From assembly GCA_951406725.2 (NCBI GenBank), contig OX597823.1, forward strand, positions 24,490,001 to 24,554,000: a stretch of DNA of 64,000 bases. Reading direction: 5' to 3'. This DNA is from Octopus vulgaris (taxonomy: Eukaryota). A program made the position numbers and the translations under genes. Position 1 is the stretch's first letter; each line of letters starts with the position of its first letter. Below the pieces are notes generated by a model that worked only from the letters and a program-made list of their open reading frames with translations, was not told the origin of the DNA and ran no database searches. This document shows, piece after piece, positions 1 to 13,700 of this stretch.

Positions 1-74
1 AAACATGGCTGATGCCAGCACTGCCTTGACTGGCTTCCATGCTAGTGCCATGTAAAAGCACCATCCAAATCTGG

Positions 75-1010
75 TTGGCCATTAGTAATCGTCAAGATTC
101 GAGACTGCCAAATCTTGTTGAAACTTTGCTCATGATTTGCTTCATGAGAGCTGAGTTGTGTTTTCTTCAGAAAACACAACTCAAGTTGATACCTAACACT
201 TAACTGCTTAACTAGAGAAAAAGAGTGTGAATCCCGAGGACACTTGAGAGGATGTTCTACCTGGAAGTCTGCTCACCTGCAAACTTGTTGGTTGAGAAAA
301 AAAGAGATGTTCACGTTAAGATTGCATGTCCCAACTGTGGTTCACTCATGAAAGGGAACTGATAAATTAGTGTAAAGGCTTCAAATCCTAGGGCTCACTA
401 CAATGTAAACAAGTTTGAAGAATTTTACTGCCATGTTCTGGAGTGTGTTGCTGAGAACCAGAAGTTGTTTTCAGAACTTTAACAGAATTTTGTATGAAGT
501 TACTGTCTTCACAAAGCAAAGATTTAAAACACCATTGCTTTAAAATTTTGAGTTCAGATTTATTGATTGTTGAATCTAAAACTTTTTCATGCTTATCACA
601 AGAATTTTGGATGTCTATAAAAACATATTGGATTTAGATGGATTGAAATGCAAGCTAAAATTAGGTTATGCTTCACATTTTGCAAAGCAAGTGTCAAACC
701 TCCAAGAAATCACAGGCATAATATGAGGGCTTGAACTAAATCAAGTTCTGGACAAAGTAACAAAATTATTTTGTCTCTTTCTGCTAGATCTGCTTCCTGT
801 GAGAAACCACTTTCTTCATTAAAGCAAGTAAATAATTATATGACGTGTTCTCAAAGTGAAGAGAGATTCAGTAATTTGGTCTTCATTTCCATGAATAAAA
901 AAACTTCTGAAGATGAAAGTAGAGTGTGATGCTGATACATTTTAAACCAAAGTGATCAATGAATTTGTCAATAAGAAATAAAGAAGTGAACTGATTTACC
1001 AATAAATTTT
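75..1010 (+). mobile_element. Decayed hAT-family transposase remnant (copy 1)
   Basis: Aligns by eye to 62183-63140; contains tctcaaagtgaagagagattcagtaatttggtcttcatttcc ([14 protein letters not shown]), resembling the hAT C-terminal dimerisation domain. Confidence 0.6.
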
Positions 1011-1316
1011 AAATAGCTCATTCTTTTTAGGTTCTCTTGTTTTCTCAGATTTCTCTTTTAAACAATAACAGTCATCATGGCAATCCCTTTACCAGGGTAT
1101 TGTTAATTGGGAAACATCAAATCTAGTGGAGAGGATATCAACCTTGAAGTGTACCCTGTTAGTAGAAGTGCATTTTCACACATTAAAATTTGTTTATAAA
1201 ACATTCAGCCTTTGGTGAGGAGGACAGTAATATACCCCTGACCTTCTTTTCAACTAGAGAATTGGCCTGCATCGTGAACTGCATGCTCTGGTTTCCAAGT
1301 CACCCTTTATCACTGA

Positions 1317-1319
<3 letters not shown>

Positions 1320-1372
<53 letters not shown>
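1320..1372. repeat. (GT)n microsatellite
   Basis: Perfect GT run; its paralog at ~63428-63480 is degenerate. Confidence 0.95.
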
Positions 1373-1373
<1 letters not shown>

Positions 1374-1497
1374 AAATGATTCAGTTTTTTTTTTTTTAGT
1401 CAATAACTTTTATTCTGAATTTGTTGCTATCTCCTCATTCTCCCCTTCCTTCTGTCATAAACTCAAAATTGATATGAATTTCTCTCATCACTTCCAG

Positions 1498-1665
1498 TTG
1501 TCACAAAAGTTAACTGTGGAGCACCAGAAGATGTTGCTGGTGCATCTAAATCCTATGATACTACTACCTATAAATCTGAAGTGATCTATACTTGTCGAGA
1601 TGGAGAAGAATTAAAGGCAACATGTAAAGAGAATGAGAAATGGGCTCCAGCAGTGTCTTGTAAAG
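1498..1665 (+). CDS. Exon A1: compact Sushi/CCP domain (V-subtype), 168 nt
   Basis: cacttccag|TT...TGTAAAG|gtaatg; encodes [55 protein letters not shown] (C-x-x-P, YTC, C-x5-W, terminal C). Not in the ORF track in this frame. Confidence 0.9.
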
Positions 1666-4600
1666 GTAATGTAAATAGGTTCTCTCTTTTTGACTCTGTC
1701 TTGGTAATTTTGTTTTAGCCTTGTGTTCAAAGTTTGTCAGAGAAAGTCTGATTGTGTCCATGAAAATTTCCATTGTTTGTGACTGGTAGGAGGGTCAGAG
1801 CTGGCTATCCTCAGACAAGAGACGTTCCTAAATGCTTGCAACACAGTGGGCTTCATTAAAGATATTGAAAAGCCAAGTAACAGTATTAATTTGGTTGATG
1901 GATTAAGTCTGCCAAACAAGAGCAGGATATGAGGAAGTGTGTGCTCTCCAGTAGTTTTCTGCATAGTTCCCTTCCACCAAATTTCATTCAAAATCTTTAC
2001 TAATGAAGCAGATTTTTGACCATGTAGCCATAAGTCCAGACAGTACCACATTCTTGTTAAGTAAACTTATTACTTCCACAGCTCTACCTCAGCTAACCTA
2101 GGTCATTTTTCTCTTAAATTCTGCCCTCAGGTTTTTCCCACATATTTTGTTTCATCCTCTGGAACTCTATACAGTACAATTCATTGAATTCTTCTTTACT
2201 AGAATTCTGCAATCATCCAAAACTTTTGTTGCACTAATGGTCATCCATTCCACCAGCTTTCAGCAGGAAGATTTTAGGCAGTATTATTAGCTCCAAAACT
2301 TGACTCCATTTTGTGTTGTTGACTCCCCTACCCTTACCTGGCTGCATTTGAACTGAAAGCATGAAGAGCCTGAATGCATACCATAAAGCATTTCTTTCAG
2401 TTTTCTAATTGGTATTCAGGTTTAGATTTCAAAAGAAAAATTAGAATGATGTTGCAATTCTCTTGAATGTTGATAGATCTTTATCTAAAAGTAATTGGAA
2501 AACCCCACCATCAAAAACCACCATGAACTCCAAGGACAAGTGTCCTCTCCATTTAATATTCTTTCACAAACAGGTTTTATGCACCATGGGACCCATCCAC
2601 TCTCACATCACTTTCAATAATTTTCCTTGAGAATATCTTCCTCTCCATCTTTATCTTCTTTACAAGTGAAACTTTAAAAATATAGATTAGGGATTGACTA
2701 AAGAGGAAAGTCCCTATTGTCAGACCTTTCAAACCTCATCCATCAAACAACCTCTTTTGCTATAGCTAGCATTCAGAGGAAAACGATCATCTCTGCTCAG
2801 TTAAAGGAAGATGTGATGAGGTCATAATGATGGACTAGAATAACAGCTGGATCTGTCTACACACAACACCTGCTGTTTGACATAAATCAACAAGTTTATA
2901 ATAACTGGACACTGAACAAGTGCATGTAAAATTAATTTGTTCCACTATGAACATGTTGCACAGCACTCTCTGTTAGAACTTTTATGAGTACACTTTATCT
3001 TGGTTTCATATAGTTATTTGATAACACTGCCAAGGATTCCAAGAAGTTGCTCATAGTATTCTATGGCCAAATTTTCTTTGAAACAAATTTGTCTCCTCAT
3101 TCACATCAAACTCCAGAATATCCCTAAGAATATCGATGATTTTCCCCTCAATTAGTCTTCTATAGATTACAAGCATGTAATGCCCATTAACGACATTGCC
3201 CAAGTCAAGCTTGATCTGGTATACTTAGGATTACATTAGGTAATTTGACCTTCCCATTTTTAAAATTGTGGCATGTGATTGAGAGAGATTTTGTTAATAT
3301 ATCTGACATGCTGGGCATACATATAGCAAGCTGCCCCAGTGGCTGGCCAACAGTAAATGTTGAACTTAATATTATCAGCTAACAGATTAGACACAGTTGA
3401 TCCTATATCATTATATTATGTCTGATTAAATACAACCACCTGGTCCTTCAGATGCTTACTGTGTTGTTGGTGGACAGTATTTGGTCCAGTGTATTAACAT
3501 TGGACCATTACATTAATAAACAGGCACATTGACCTACAGTTGCTCTTGCTGGACATGGACCACAGGTTACCATAGAATTCATGACATAGCTGTTTCTCTC
3601 ACAACTAGCTTATAAGAAAATATAAATACTACCATTACAATGTAATCAATTATGGATGCATTATTTAAGTACATTCCCAAAAGTATTTAGAAAAAGCGAT
3701 GAGTTAATGTCTTTCTGAAGGTCACTAATTGTCTATGTAAAGTGAACTCACTTAAACTGAGAATCAAATCATTGACTCACACCGTTCAATCCAAATTTGT
3801 AGTAGTGGAAAATACTCAGGGTCACTTTCTGCATAAAAAACAAATAGGAAAATGGCTACTTATTGAACCAAGTTGTGATGACTAATTAAAATTACACCCT
3901 CAGCAGCTGGTAAAATCATTATGCTAATCACTTATTCTGGTCATTAAATTCAGAAGAGAAAACCTCTTAAAGATAATCACTTTTCATCTCACTAAAAGGG
4001 TAATGTTGATGAAATAAAATTTTCTAGCTTGTTACATGAGGTTGTGAGTGTCCACAAATCCCATCTAGATGTACTACACCTTTCATACTCCTCTCACTTA
4101 TGAAACAAGCATTAGTCAAGTACAGAGTTTTACTCATTTTAGTGTACCCTCACTGCAGAATGTGTTATGAATATTGGTAACATCAACAATAATTATAAAT
4201 ATTCATGTTGGTGATGGATTGAGAGAATCATCAGAACATCAGATGAAATGTGTTGTGGTACTTGTTCTGGCTCTTTGACATTTGAGTTCAGATTTGGCTG
4301 ATATCAACTTTGCTTTTCCAGAGACAATAAATTAAAATACCAATCAAGTATAGGGGCCAATTTAATCAATCAGCCTCAAATTTTTGTCCATTTTTCTACA
4401 TTAGAAATTATTGATGTTGATTTTGTTTATTTTTTTTGTTTCAATCTTACTTTAATTCTAGCTACCATGATCAGTTTTGTGAAAGTAAAAGGTGCAATTC
4501 TGGATGTACCTGGGAAAACATTGTGGAGTAAGAAAAATGTATCAGCAGAAGCCTGTGCAGAAAAATGTTTGTCTGAAAAAACTTGTTTATCATTTGAAAT

Positions 4601-7600
4601 AACAAAGGGAAGTCGAAAATGTTATTTATCAAATGTGGCTGCAGCTTCCGTCAAGAAAATGAAAGCAGCCAAAGACAGAGATTACTATCAACAAGTAAAA
4701 TGTAATTATTTTTTGCGTTTCTCTTTTCCTCACTTTCTGAAATTTGTGATTCCATTTGTGCTTCATAGTTTATAGAAAACCATTTCTGTAAAGACATTGA
4801 CAGATTTATCTATAGGGACAGACATAAACACATTCCTGAAATAAGAAATTTTAGGAACTATAATTACTGTTAGGGAATCCTCACAATACATTTATTTAGC
4901 TTGAACACTTTCCTGTATTATCTTTTCAATTGGTTCTTTTTTGTGTGTAAGAAAGGAAACACTTGTCATTTTCCTTAAACATGAATAGTAGTTGTAGTGG
5001 TGGTGGTGGTGGTTGTGGTTTCAAATTTTAGCACAAGGCTAGCATATTTGAGGGAAGTTTTAGTTTAAACCACCATCCCCAGTTCTTCACTGGCATTATG
5101 TTGTATCTTCCCTGGAAGGATGAAAGGCAGTTATCCCTGGCAGAATTTGAATTTGAAATGTATTGAGTTGGAAGATATATAGCAAGTTAGCATGGCATTT
5201 TCCTCATCATTTGTTATTCTCATCCATAATATGATATATAAAATAACAAAAAAATGTAATGCTAATCTATTTAGTTGTGTTTTCCTGATATGTTTGCAAC
5301 ATTTTTATGGTTGGATGCCCTTATCACCAATTGTTTTACCAAACCTCTGCCTTACTTAATACTGACAAATGAACAGGTTGTGGTTTCAAAGTGACAAAAA
5401 TATTTTGACACAAATTAAATTCAAATGTTGGAGTGAAACTAGCAGTTTTTGAGTGTTCTTAAATGGCTAACAAACATCTTCCATGCTGAAATTGTTTTTG
5501 CTTCAGCACATGATCTCAGATCAAGTCACTTTCTATGCAAGTACATCTCCATAATAGTATATATATGTACATGCATGGACACATACACACATATTTGTAT
5601 ATTATATATGTGTGTGTGTGTATGTACACATACATATATGTATGTATATATGTTCAATTAGCATCTATCAAATCCACTCACAAGGCTTTGGTCAGCATGG
5701 GAGTATAGTAGAACTTGCTCAGGTGGGCCACAAAGTAGGGCTAAAACTGGATGACATTTAATTATTAGTAAATTACTTTCCTCAAAAGACTTAATTTTTT
5801 TTTTATATATATTTCTTCCAAATCCTGCATGGCAGATAAAATAGCAAACTAAGGAACAAATAGATATGCAGTTATTTCCCACATATATGGGAAATATATA
5901 TGCAGTCATTTTTCCAATATATGGGAAAGAGATATGAAGTCATTTTTCCCATATAAGGTCTGATTACCAGTATCTGGACTGTTGCCATAGTAACGAAGTT
6001 AAAGCACGCAAAGTGAAGCACACAGAGTAGCACAGATTGACCTTGAACTCTGCTGTGCATGTGCACTAAGTTTTATCGCTCTAGATCATCTCCACTGCTT
6101 CCAGCAAAGCTTGGAAGGAAGGTGTTTAGCATGTAATCATCACATTGAGACATGACAGAGAACATTGAGCTGAGAATCTGCATCAAATTTTGCCGGAAGC
6201 TTGGTGATATCTGCTCAGAGGCCTACACAATGTTTTCATCTTGACACGATCAAGGAGATCTTGTGCAACTGAAACCTGAGTGTCATTTTGGTCAGCTGAA
6301 AGCAGTTTTGGCACAAACTTGGCAGACACGCATCTCACACCCAAATCTTCAGTGATAATGGACTGAACTGAACTGTAACTAACCTGCACATCCTCTGATA
6401 ACTCATGGATGGTGATTCAACAATTTCCCCTCACATCTACAATGCTTTTCTCAGTTCTGCTGGTTGTAGGTCTCCTGAACATTTGTCACTATCGACATTT
6501 TTTGTCCAGCCTGGAAACGTCTGAAACACTTGTACATTGGTGTGCAGCTTATACACTCCTCTCCATACACTTTCTGCAACTTTGCATAGGCCTTTGGGCA
6601 GTATCACAATTTTCTCTTACATGGTCAAGGTGACGATCATGCCATACACACTTTCCTTCCAAGCACTGATGTACACAGTAGAAGTGAGCTATAATGTTAA
6701 AATTTAGTGCGCATGCACAGCAGAGTTCAAGTTCAATCTGTGCCAAGCAGCTTCACTTTGCATGCATTAGCTTTGTTACTCTGGCAACAATCCGGATACT
6801 TATTGATCAGATGTTGGATGGATGGACATGTGTGTTATAAGTACATTTTTAAAACACGAACACTACAAACTGACACAAAACTTATGCCTTTATTTGTATG
6901 CTTTCTGAGTTCACATTTTACAACCTGATGCAATATGATCAATATTATCCACTTGCTAATTACATTTGTGTCATTTACTTATGGAAGTAGTTCAATAAAT
7001 ATTCTTATTTATTTGTATTTAGTATTTTTGAGAAGCAACCATATTATTTCAGGTCAATAAAATGAAATTATAATCAAGTACTAGGGTTGTCTATCCACCT
7101 TCCTTTAATTATTGCTGGTCTTTTGCCAAAATTTTGAGCATTTGTTTTATTGTTGTTATTGTTTGTGCTCTTCTTCATCATCATCATCATCATCCTTATC
7201 ATCAATCTGGGCCTACAAAGAGCAAAGACATGGTATGAGCAAACTCTAAAAGGAGTCACTTAAAATGAAAATTGCAAAATCCTGTGGGATGTAATGATCC
7301 AGTGCAATCACCTGACAAGATATCGGAAACTGAACATTGTTGTGTTGAATAGAAAAGAAAGAACATGTATCATAATCAGCATAGCATGCCCTGATATAAA
7401 CAGGATCAACATGAAAGAAGGAAAAATAAACAACTATGACAATTTAAAATGGGAAATACGATGGTTGTGGGATCAATGAAGAGAGTAGTCATGATACCAA
7501 TAGTAATTGGTACACTTGGAAGTATCAGCATTCAACTACCAACATGGCTGAAAAAGATCGGTGCAAGAGTGAAGATAGAACAAAAATCAACATTGCTTGG

Positions 7601-7727
7601 AACTGCAAGAATTCTTTGCAGGGTTCTTGAAGCATGACCAGTAAATAAGTGTCACCTTAGTTTTCTGGCTGCAGGCACGACACTTTCCAACTTACATGGC
7701 AAAATAAGTTGTGAGATTCCATATAAC

Positions 7728-7783
<56 letters not shown>

Positions 7784-10700
7784 TAATAAATGAACACTTT
7801 TGATTAAATATAAAGTCAACCAGAGACTGGTTACTTTGCCCCACTGCAGAAAATTTACAATGCAAAAATTTTGAAGGTGAAACAACAGAACAAGCAGGAT
7901 GTCCTGAATGCACTTGTGTGAACATGGACAAACTGCATCAGGTCATCCAGATCATATTCAGATCAGGTATTCTGTAGGCCGGTAGTTAAGAATAGCATAA
8001 GTTGTCCTCAAATTAAAACCATTGGCTACACACCTTAAATTTGTGATGTGTACAGTTGATTTAAAAAGGATTTGTAAATGGGGACATGGTTCCTGAAAAG
8101 TGAAGATGTCACTGCCAGTGCACCTAGCTCACAGGAATGAGATTAGTGAATCAGTTAAATGGGTTGTGATGGGGCAATCATCAAAAACAAATGGTGGCTC
8201 ACTTTGAAAAGTGTTTAAAGCAAAATCATTAATATTTTATAAGGAAATGGTGATAGATAAAAATTTAATAAATGGATTTAGATAGAGACTTAGAAGACAC
8301 ACTTAAGAAAGACAACACAACTGATAGGCTTGCAGTGATACTGGCTCTAGAATAATTGTTAGATATAAAGCATGGAGGCTTGATTGTCAGATATATCAAA
8401 TGCTTTGAGACACAAGGCATTTTGATGAGCCCAAGTGGCTGGGATGCAACATGGCAATAAAGCCACAATTCAGTCTTTTGCAGACCCTGGTGGGTATGTG
8501 TTACTAGATCACAAACAGGTCTGTGAGGCTTTCTAGCAGTATTTTGCACATTTGTTCAGGATGAGTGACAAGCTGGATCATATAATGGATTTCAGGGCCC
8601 AACTTGACAGCCTGCCATGACACTCTGTAAGAGATGTGCAGTGTTTCTAAAGCCATTAACAGCCATAGGAGTTTGAGACTCAATGATTAACTGTACAAGT
8701 CTGGAGAGATACCTGCCTTGGATTGTCTACCCAACAAGCTATACTTTTGTATGTCAGACTTGTTTCAAAATCCTTGGTTGACATCCATTACAACTGGCAG
8801 AGGAATGATAGAATCCCTGGTTATGTGAGTTAGAAAGCAATGGCACTGGTTAAAAGCAACCCAAACAATGGGGATCACATTGAAAATTTTTGGTCCATAA
8901 CTCCTTTGAACGTATATTGCAAGATTTAATCCAACATTTTCACCAAAATGCAAACATGTACCATCACAAATATATCTATCCATGATAACCTCCACTTCAT
9001 GTGATACATAATAGAGAGGGTAGAGGAAAAAGCCCGTGTGAGTAGGGCCATAATCAATTTAGATCAGTCAAATGCTTCTGATAGGGTTTACACATAATAC
9101 TTGGCTATCATTCTTAAAACAGGTGGTTTCAGTCCCATCTTTGGCAGTTGGTTCACCATAATGTACTAGAATATTTCCTTCATGGTGAGAGTTCCAAATG
9201 GGAACTATTCAGCATCATACTCACGGTATGTCAAGGTTGTTCTTTCACAGCTCTTCTGAATGTTCTAACTGGGAGTCACTAACATGGAAACTAAAGACTT
9301 TGAGGCGTATCCTAGATGATGTAGGATAAGAAAATTCAATGTTAGTACCAGACATTTCAGGGCACTTACTAAGCAATTATGTAGCAGTGACAAGAGCAAA
9401 AATCAACCAAGAAATGTCAGTGGGCCTGCAGCTCAGCTCCTGAGAAGGCGAGACCATAATTTCCGATTGTTTTGTGTACTGCTTGATGGTCAGGCTGGTT
9501 AAATTGCTTGGAGCTTGCTTTGGTCCAGAGCTCCAGATAGAGAAATGGGACAAAGTGATGAGCAATGTAACCAATATCTCCCAGAAATGAGAAAAGCTAA
9601 GTGTGAAAGATTTAGAAGAAGGAGCAAACAAATATATCAACTCCATCAATGTTTTTTTTTTAATATTTGAAAGCCATCATTTTCATTATTTTCTAAAGGG
9701 ACATTTTATTATAAAAATACAGCCCATCCACAAAATTATTTTTCTGCATAAGATACCCTTCTCAGAATTAATGTGAATTCTAATACATCATGTGTCACAC
9801 ATGGAACCTCGTCTCATGGTTTTAGATTGTAGATAATACATTTGCACATTCCTCTTCTGATGGTGTGCTTTTTAAAAAAATTAAATTACCAAAAGGATAG
9901 TTCATATGCGGGTTGACCATCGTTTGAACTATGTTAAGATTCTACAAGTCATTTTGTGAATCGGTTATTTGTTTATAACACAGGCATGTGCAACCCATAT
10001 CTGCATGAAAAATGAACATTCAATGATGGTGATAATAATTATGAGGGGGATGATGATGATCATTTAAAACAAACTGAGAGCTAAATTCTATATAATATTT
10101 AATATGCATGTGTGAATATAAAATGTTTTTCTTGTTTTCTTTCATTTTTTTTATCTAGCTGATGATGATCTTTTTACATTTAAAAAAACTGCCATACCAG
10201 GGCATGATACATTTGGTCAGATTAAAGGAGTCACTTTAAAGGAGTGTGATCGTGCTTGCCTTCAAATTCCAGGATGTAAATCATATGAGTATCATGCAAA
10301 AAAAGAATTCTGTAATCCATCTAATGAGACTCACCTGACTTATGACCTTAAACCCAACAAAGATGGATGGGATATACATATCATGAACCCAGGTCAGTGA
10401 AGTGTAATTCATTTAATTTTATGTGTGTTTGCATGCATGCGTCTACATATACCATATGTATTATATGTATGTTTATAATACACACACACCCACGCACACA
10501 GAGATACATATATACCTTAGTTCAAGGGAATACTCTAGCTTATGTAGATATGGCTTGTATATAACACTGAAAGGTAAAAATAATAGACCAATAAAATTCA
10601 TTAGTCAATATATCACATTCACTTCATTGTATATCAAAATTAATGGAGTAATTTTGTTAACATGACAAATGCTCCAGATTGAATAGCAATGTACATAGTA

Positions 10701-13700
10701 TAGTATGTGATGAATAAACTTAGGAATAATGAAAAATGGAGAAATAATCTTAAGTACAATGCATATCTGTGAAGCAGACAATTTCAAACTATAAGTGTAA
10801 TTACATCATAAAATAATGATATAATAAATATGCTTCATCTTCGGGTATAACACCACTCAGATCAAATCAAATTCCACGTTGAGTATTGATGCAAATATCA
10901 AGTGTTTTATGAAATATCTACACTTATGATTTGGTAATGTGCTGTATTTAACTGCATTTGTTCATAAATATTACTGATATGGCAGTTTGGTCAGGGGAGC
11001 CTGACAGAGTAAGTACCAGATTTAAAAACGGGTACTGGATTCAGTTTGTTATATATGTGTGTGTGTGTGCGTGCATAATCACAAATTCAAAAGAATGGAA
11101 CTATTGATATGTAAGCTACTTACATTTCTTAACTAGTTGAAGTTCATTACATAAGTATTATGTAATAAACACTTTAATAAACACATAAATTGGAACACAG
11201 TATACAAAGAAGCCACTGCAACTATCCATAATCTTTTTTAATAAGACTTTATTGCCTGAATACTTAACCACTCATTCCTCATAATGATGTTTTTTCTTTT
11301 CTTTTTTCATTCCTTCCCTTTCTTCTTTTCTTCCTACTCTTTGACCCTTAACCACACTCACACTATCCATGGTTTTCATTCCAACTAACACCAAAACATT
11401 CGTTGGTTGTTTAAACTTGCTTTCAGTATTTTGTTTTGCTTTTGTTTTTTTCTTGTTATTGACTTTTCTTTTCATTTGAAATTCCTTGCAGCAATGTAAA
11501 CTTCATTGAGGTAATTTCAGCCTGATTATTACATACACTGTGGAGAGTTTGTTATGTAATACTTATGTAATTAGCTTCAGCTAGTTAAGAAACATATGTA
11601 GTTTACATATTATTGACAGGGTTTATTCAAGAATGTATGAAGGCCTACAAACTTGATATCAGTGAGAACCTTTGAGTGTCATATAGTTTCTATCATACAG
11701 CAGCTAGGAAACAAAAGCAACAAAAATTAATACATAAACCAAGTGCTGAAACACAAAGAGAAGAGCATCATGTATCTCAGCAGTGATCTCTGTAAGAAGC
11801 AATCTCTTCATGACCTAAAAGAGCCTGGCTAATATAACTCAAAGAAGTCCTAGCTGTGAAACACACAGCACACCAAAGAAAAAAAACTATGCTTGTGTGT
11901 ATTTGTTGAAGATTTGGAGAAGACAAAAATATTGTCATGAAATGCAGCCTTCCTGGACTCATGACCACTACATAATGTCACACTTCAAAGCTTATAGGTT
12001 TGCTATATGTACCGAATGCACCTCTATCTAAAAGCTGTATGGCCCTCATAAGACATTCATCTCTTAGCTTGCTTAGTGACTAAAAAATCAAAGAGCATGT
12101 GACACTGATTAAGGACTTCTCTAAGTTGATCAAGGAGAAATAACATCACACTTTGAAGACTATATGTTCACAATTCAAGAGAAGGTGATTGCTACAGAAT
12201 ACCCAATAAATAAAAGAAACAGTGAAGTCATTGGAAGCTCAAAATGCAAGAAGACATGGCTATTGTCATATTTCTGTGGAAGACATCACAAATCTGATCA
12301 GCAACTGCCCAAAAATGTCATCAAGGTACTATTTGCTAATGTGACATGATGTTGTACCTAACACAATATACAACGCTATCTGAAAACAAGAATGTTCCGG
12401 GATAACTACTGAAGATCCCTCTATAATTGAATATATACACAATACTTCCATATCATAACATTTCTCATGACTGTATTTTCTGTGAATCTTTTCTTAGGCT
12501 GGTTAATATGTCTTTTGTATTTGAAAATTTTACCTTTTTTAGGAATATCGTTCTTCCAATTTGTTTAAATATTATAATGTCCTCTCAGCTTTCTTTATCA
12601 TATCTGCATGACCTAGTTTCTTGGAAGGTTTATACTCCATCTTGATATCATAGTTTAATAATATTGTACCCCAGTGTTGTAACCCATTTCTGGTATGGGT
12701 AGAAATTCCCTTTTTTGATACAATAATTGATAATAATGGACAATAATGAGTTTCTAGATGAAAACTTCTACTGTGCAAAAAATTGTTGAATTTTTCATGG
12801 CAGAAATGATTGCTAGAGCTTCTTTTTTGATTTGACTACAATTTTTCTTTGCTGATATCAGAGAACATGAGTCATGAACCACTGCCTTCATGTTACCATC
12901 TTTATATTTAAGTAGTATTACTGCTCCTGTATCATACTCAGAAGCATCTGAAGCTTCAATAATCTTCATTGTAGGATCGAAATGCAGTAACAACAAATCA
13001 GATATATTTTTTCTTCTTCAAACACCTTTTGACAGTTTTCTGATCAATTCTTTTCCTTATCCTTTATCAGCAGATTATTCGGTGGAACCTACACCTTATG
13101 CATATTCAGAATATAATTTTGGTAATAATTTGCCAGTCCTAAAAATGCTTGTAAGATCACTGTATTATTCGCAGGGGGAATATTTTTAATTGCATCTGCC
13201 CTCGATGGATCTGGTCAATGTCCCTTTCTGTCAATGATTTGTCCTAAATATCTTATTTTCTGGAAGAAAAATTCACACTTTTCTTCACTCAAAGTAAAGC
13301 TGTAATCCCTAATTTTTTGAAATACATATTTTATGTGCTCAACATGTTGATCCCTATATTCACTTTTAATGAGTATATCATCCACATATGGAATTGCGAA
13401 TTCACAGTCTGCTAACATTGCATCCATAATCTGTTGAAAAAACACTGGTGCAAATTTTAAGGCAAATGGTGACCTGTTGTATTTATGCAGTCATTTATGC
13501 AGTCAACTCATTCATTTTGTATTTCTCACTCTCTGTTAAACACTCCAGCATAGGTGCCAAAATCTTCATCATCTCTTTTGACCAGCATGTATTGAACAGA
13601 GAACCTTTTTGCAAGCCAGTATTGAACAGAGAACTCCTTTCTCTGAAAATTTTCCATAAACTATTGTTCCATCAAAACAAACTCACCTGGTTTCTTTGAC

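Noticed and set aside
1737-2051. Conserved minus-strand ORF after Sushi exons (also 32952-33158) as an antisense gene
   Set aside because: The similarity is explained by duplication of intron flanks; the frame is broken in the other copies.
4702-4775. Fifth Cys and hydrophobic TM-like tail after the basic PAN domains (CNYFLRFSF...)
   Set aside because: This lies past the conserved gtaatt donor; the residue is C, C, G or R in the four copies and tail lengths differ, so it is intron read-through.
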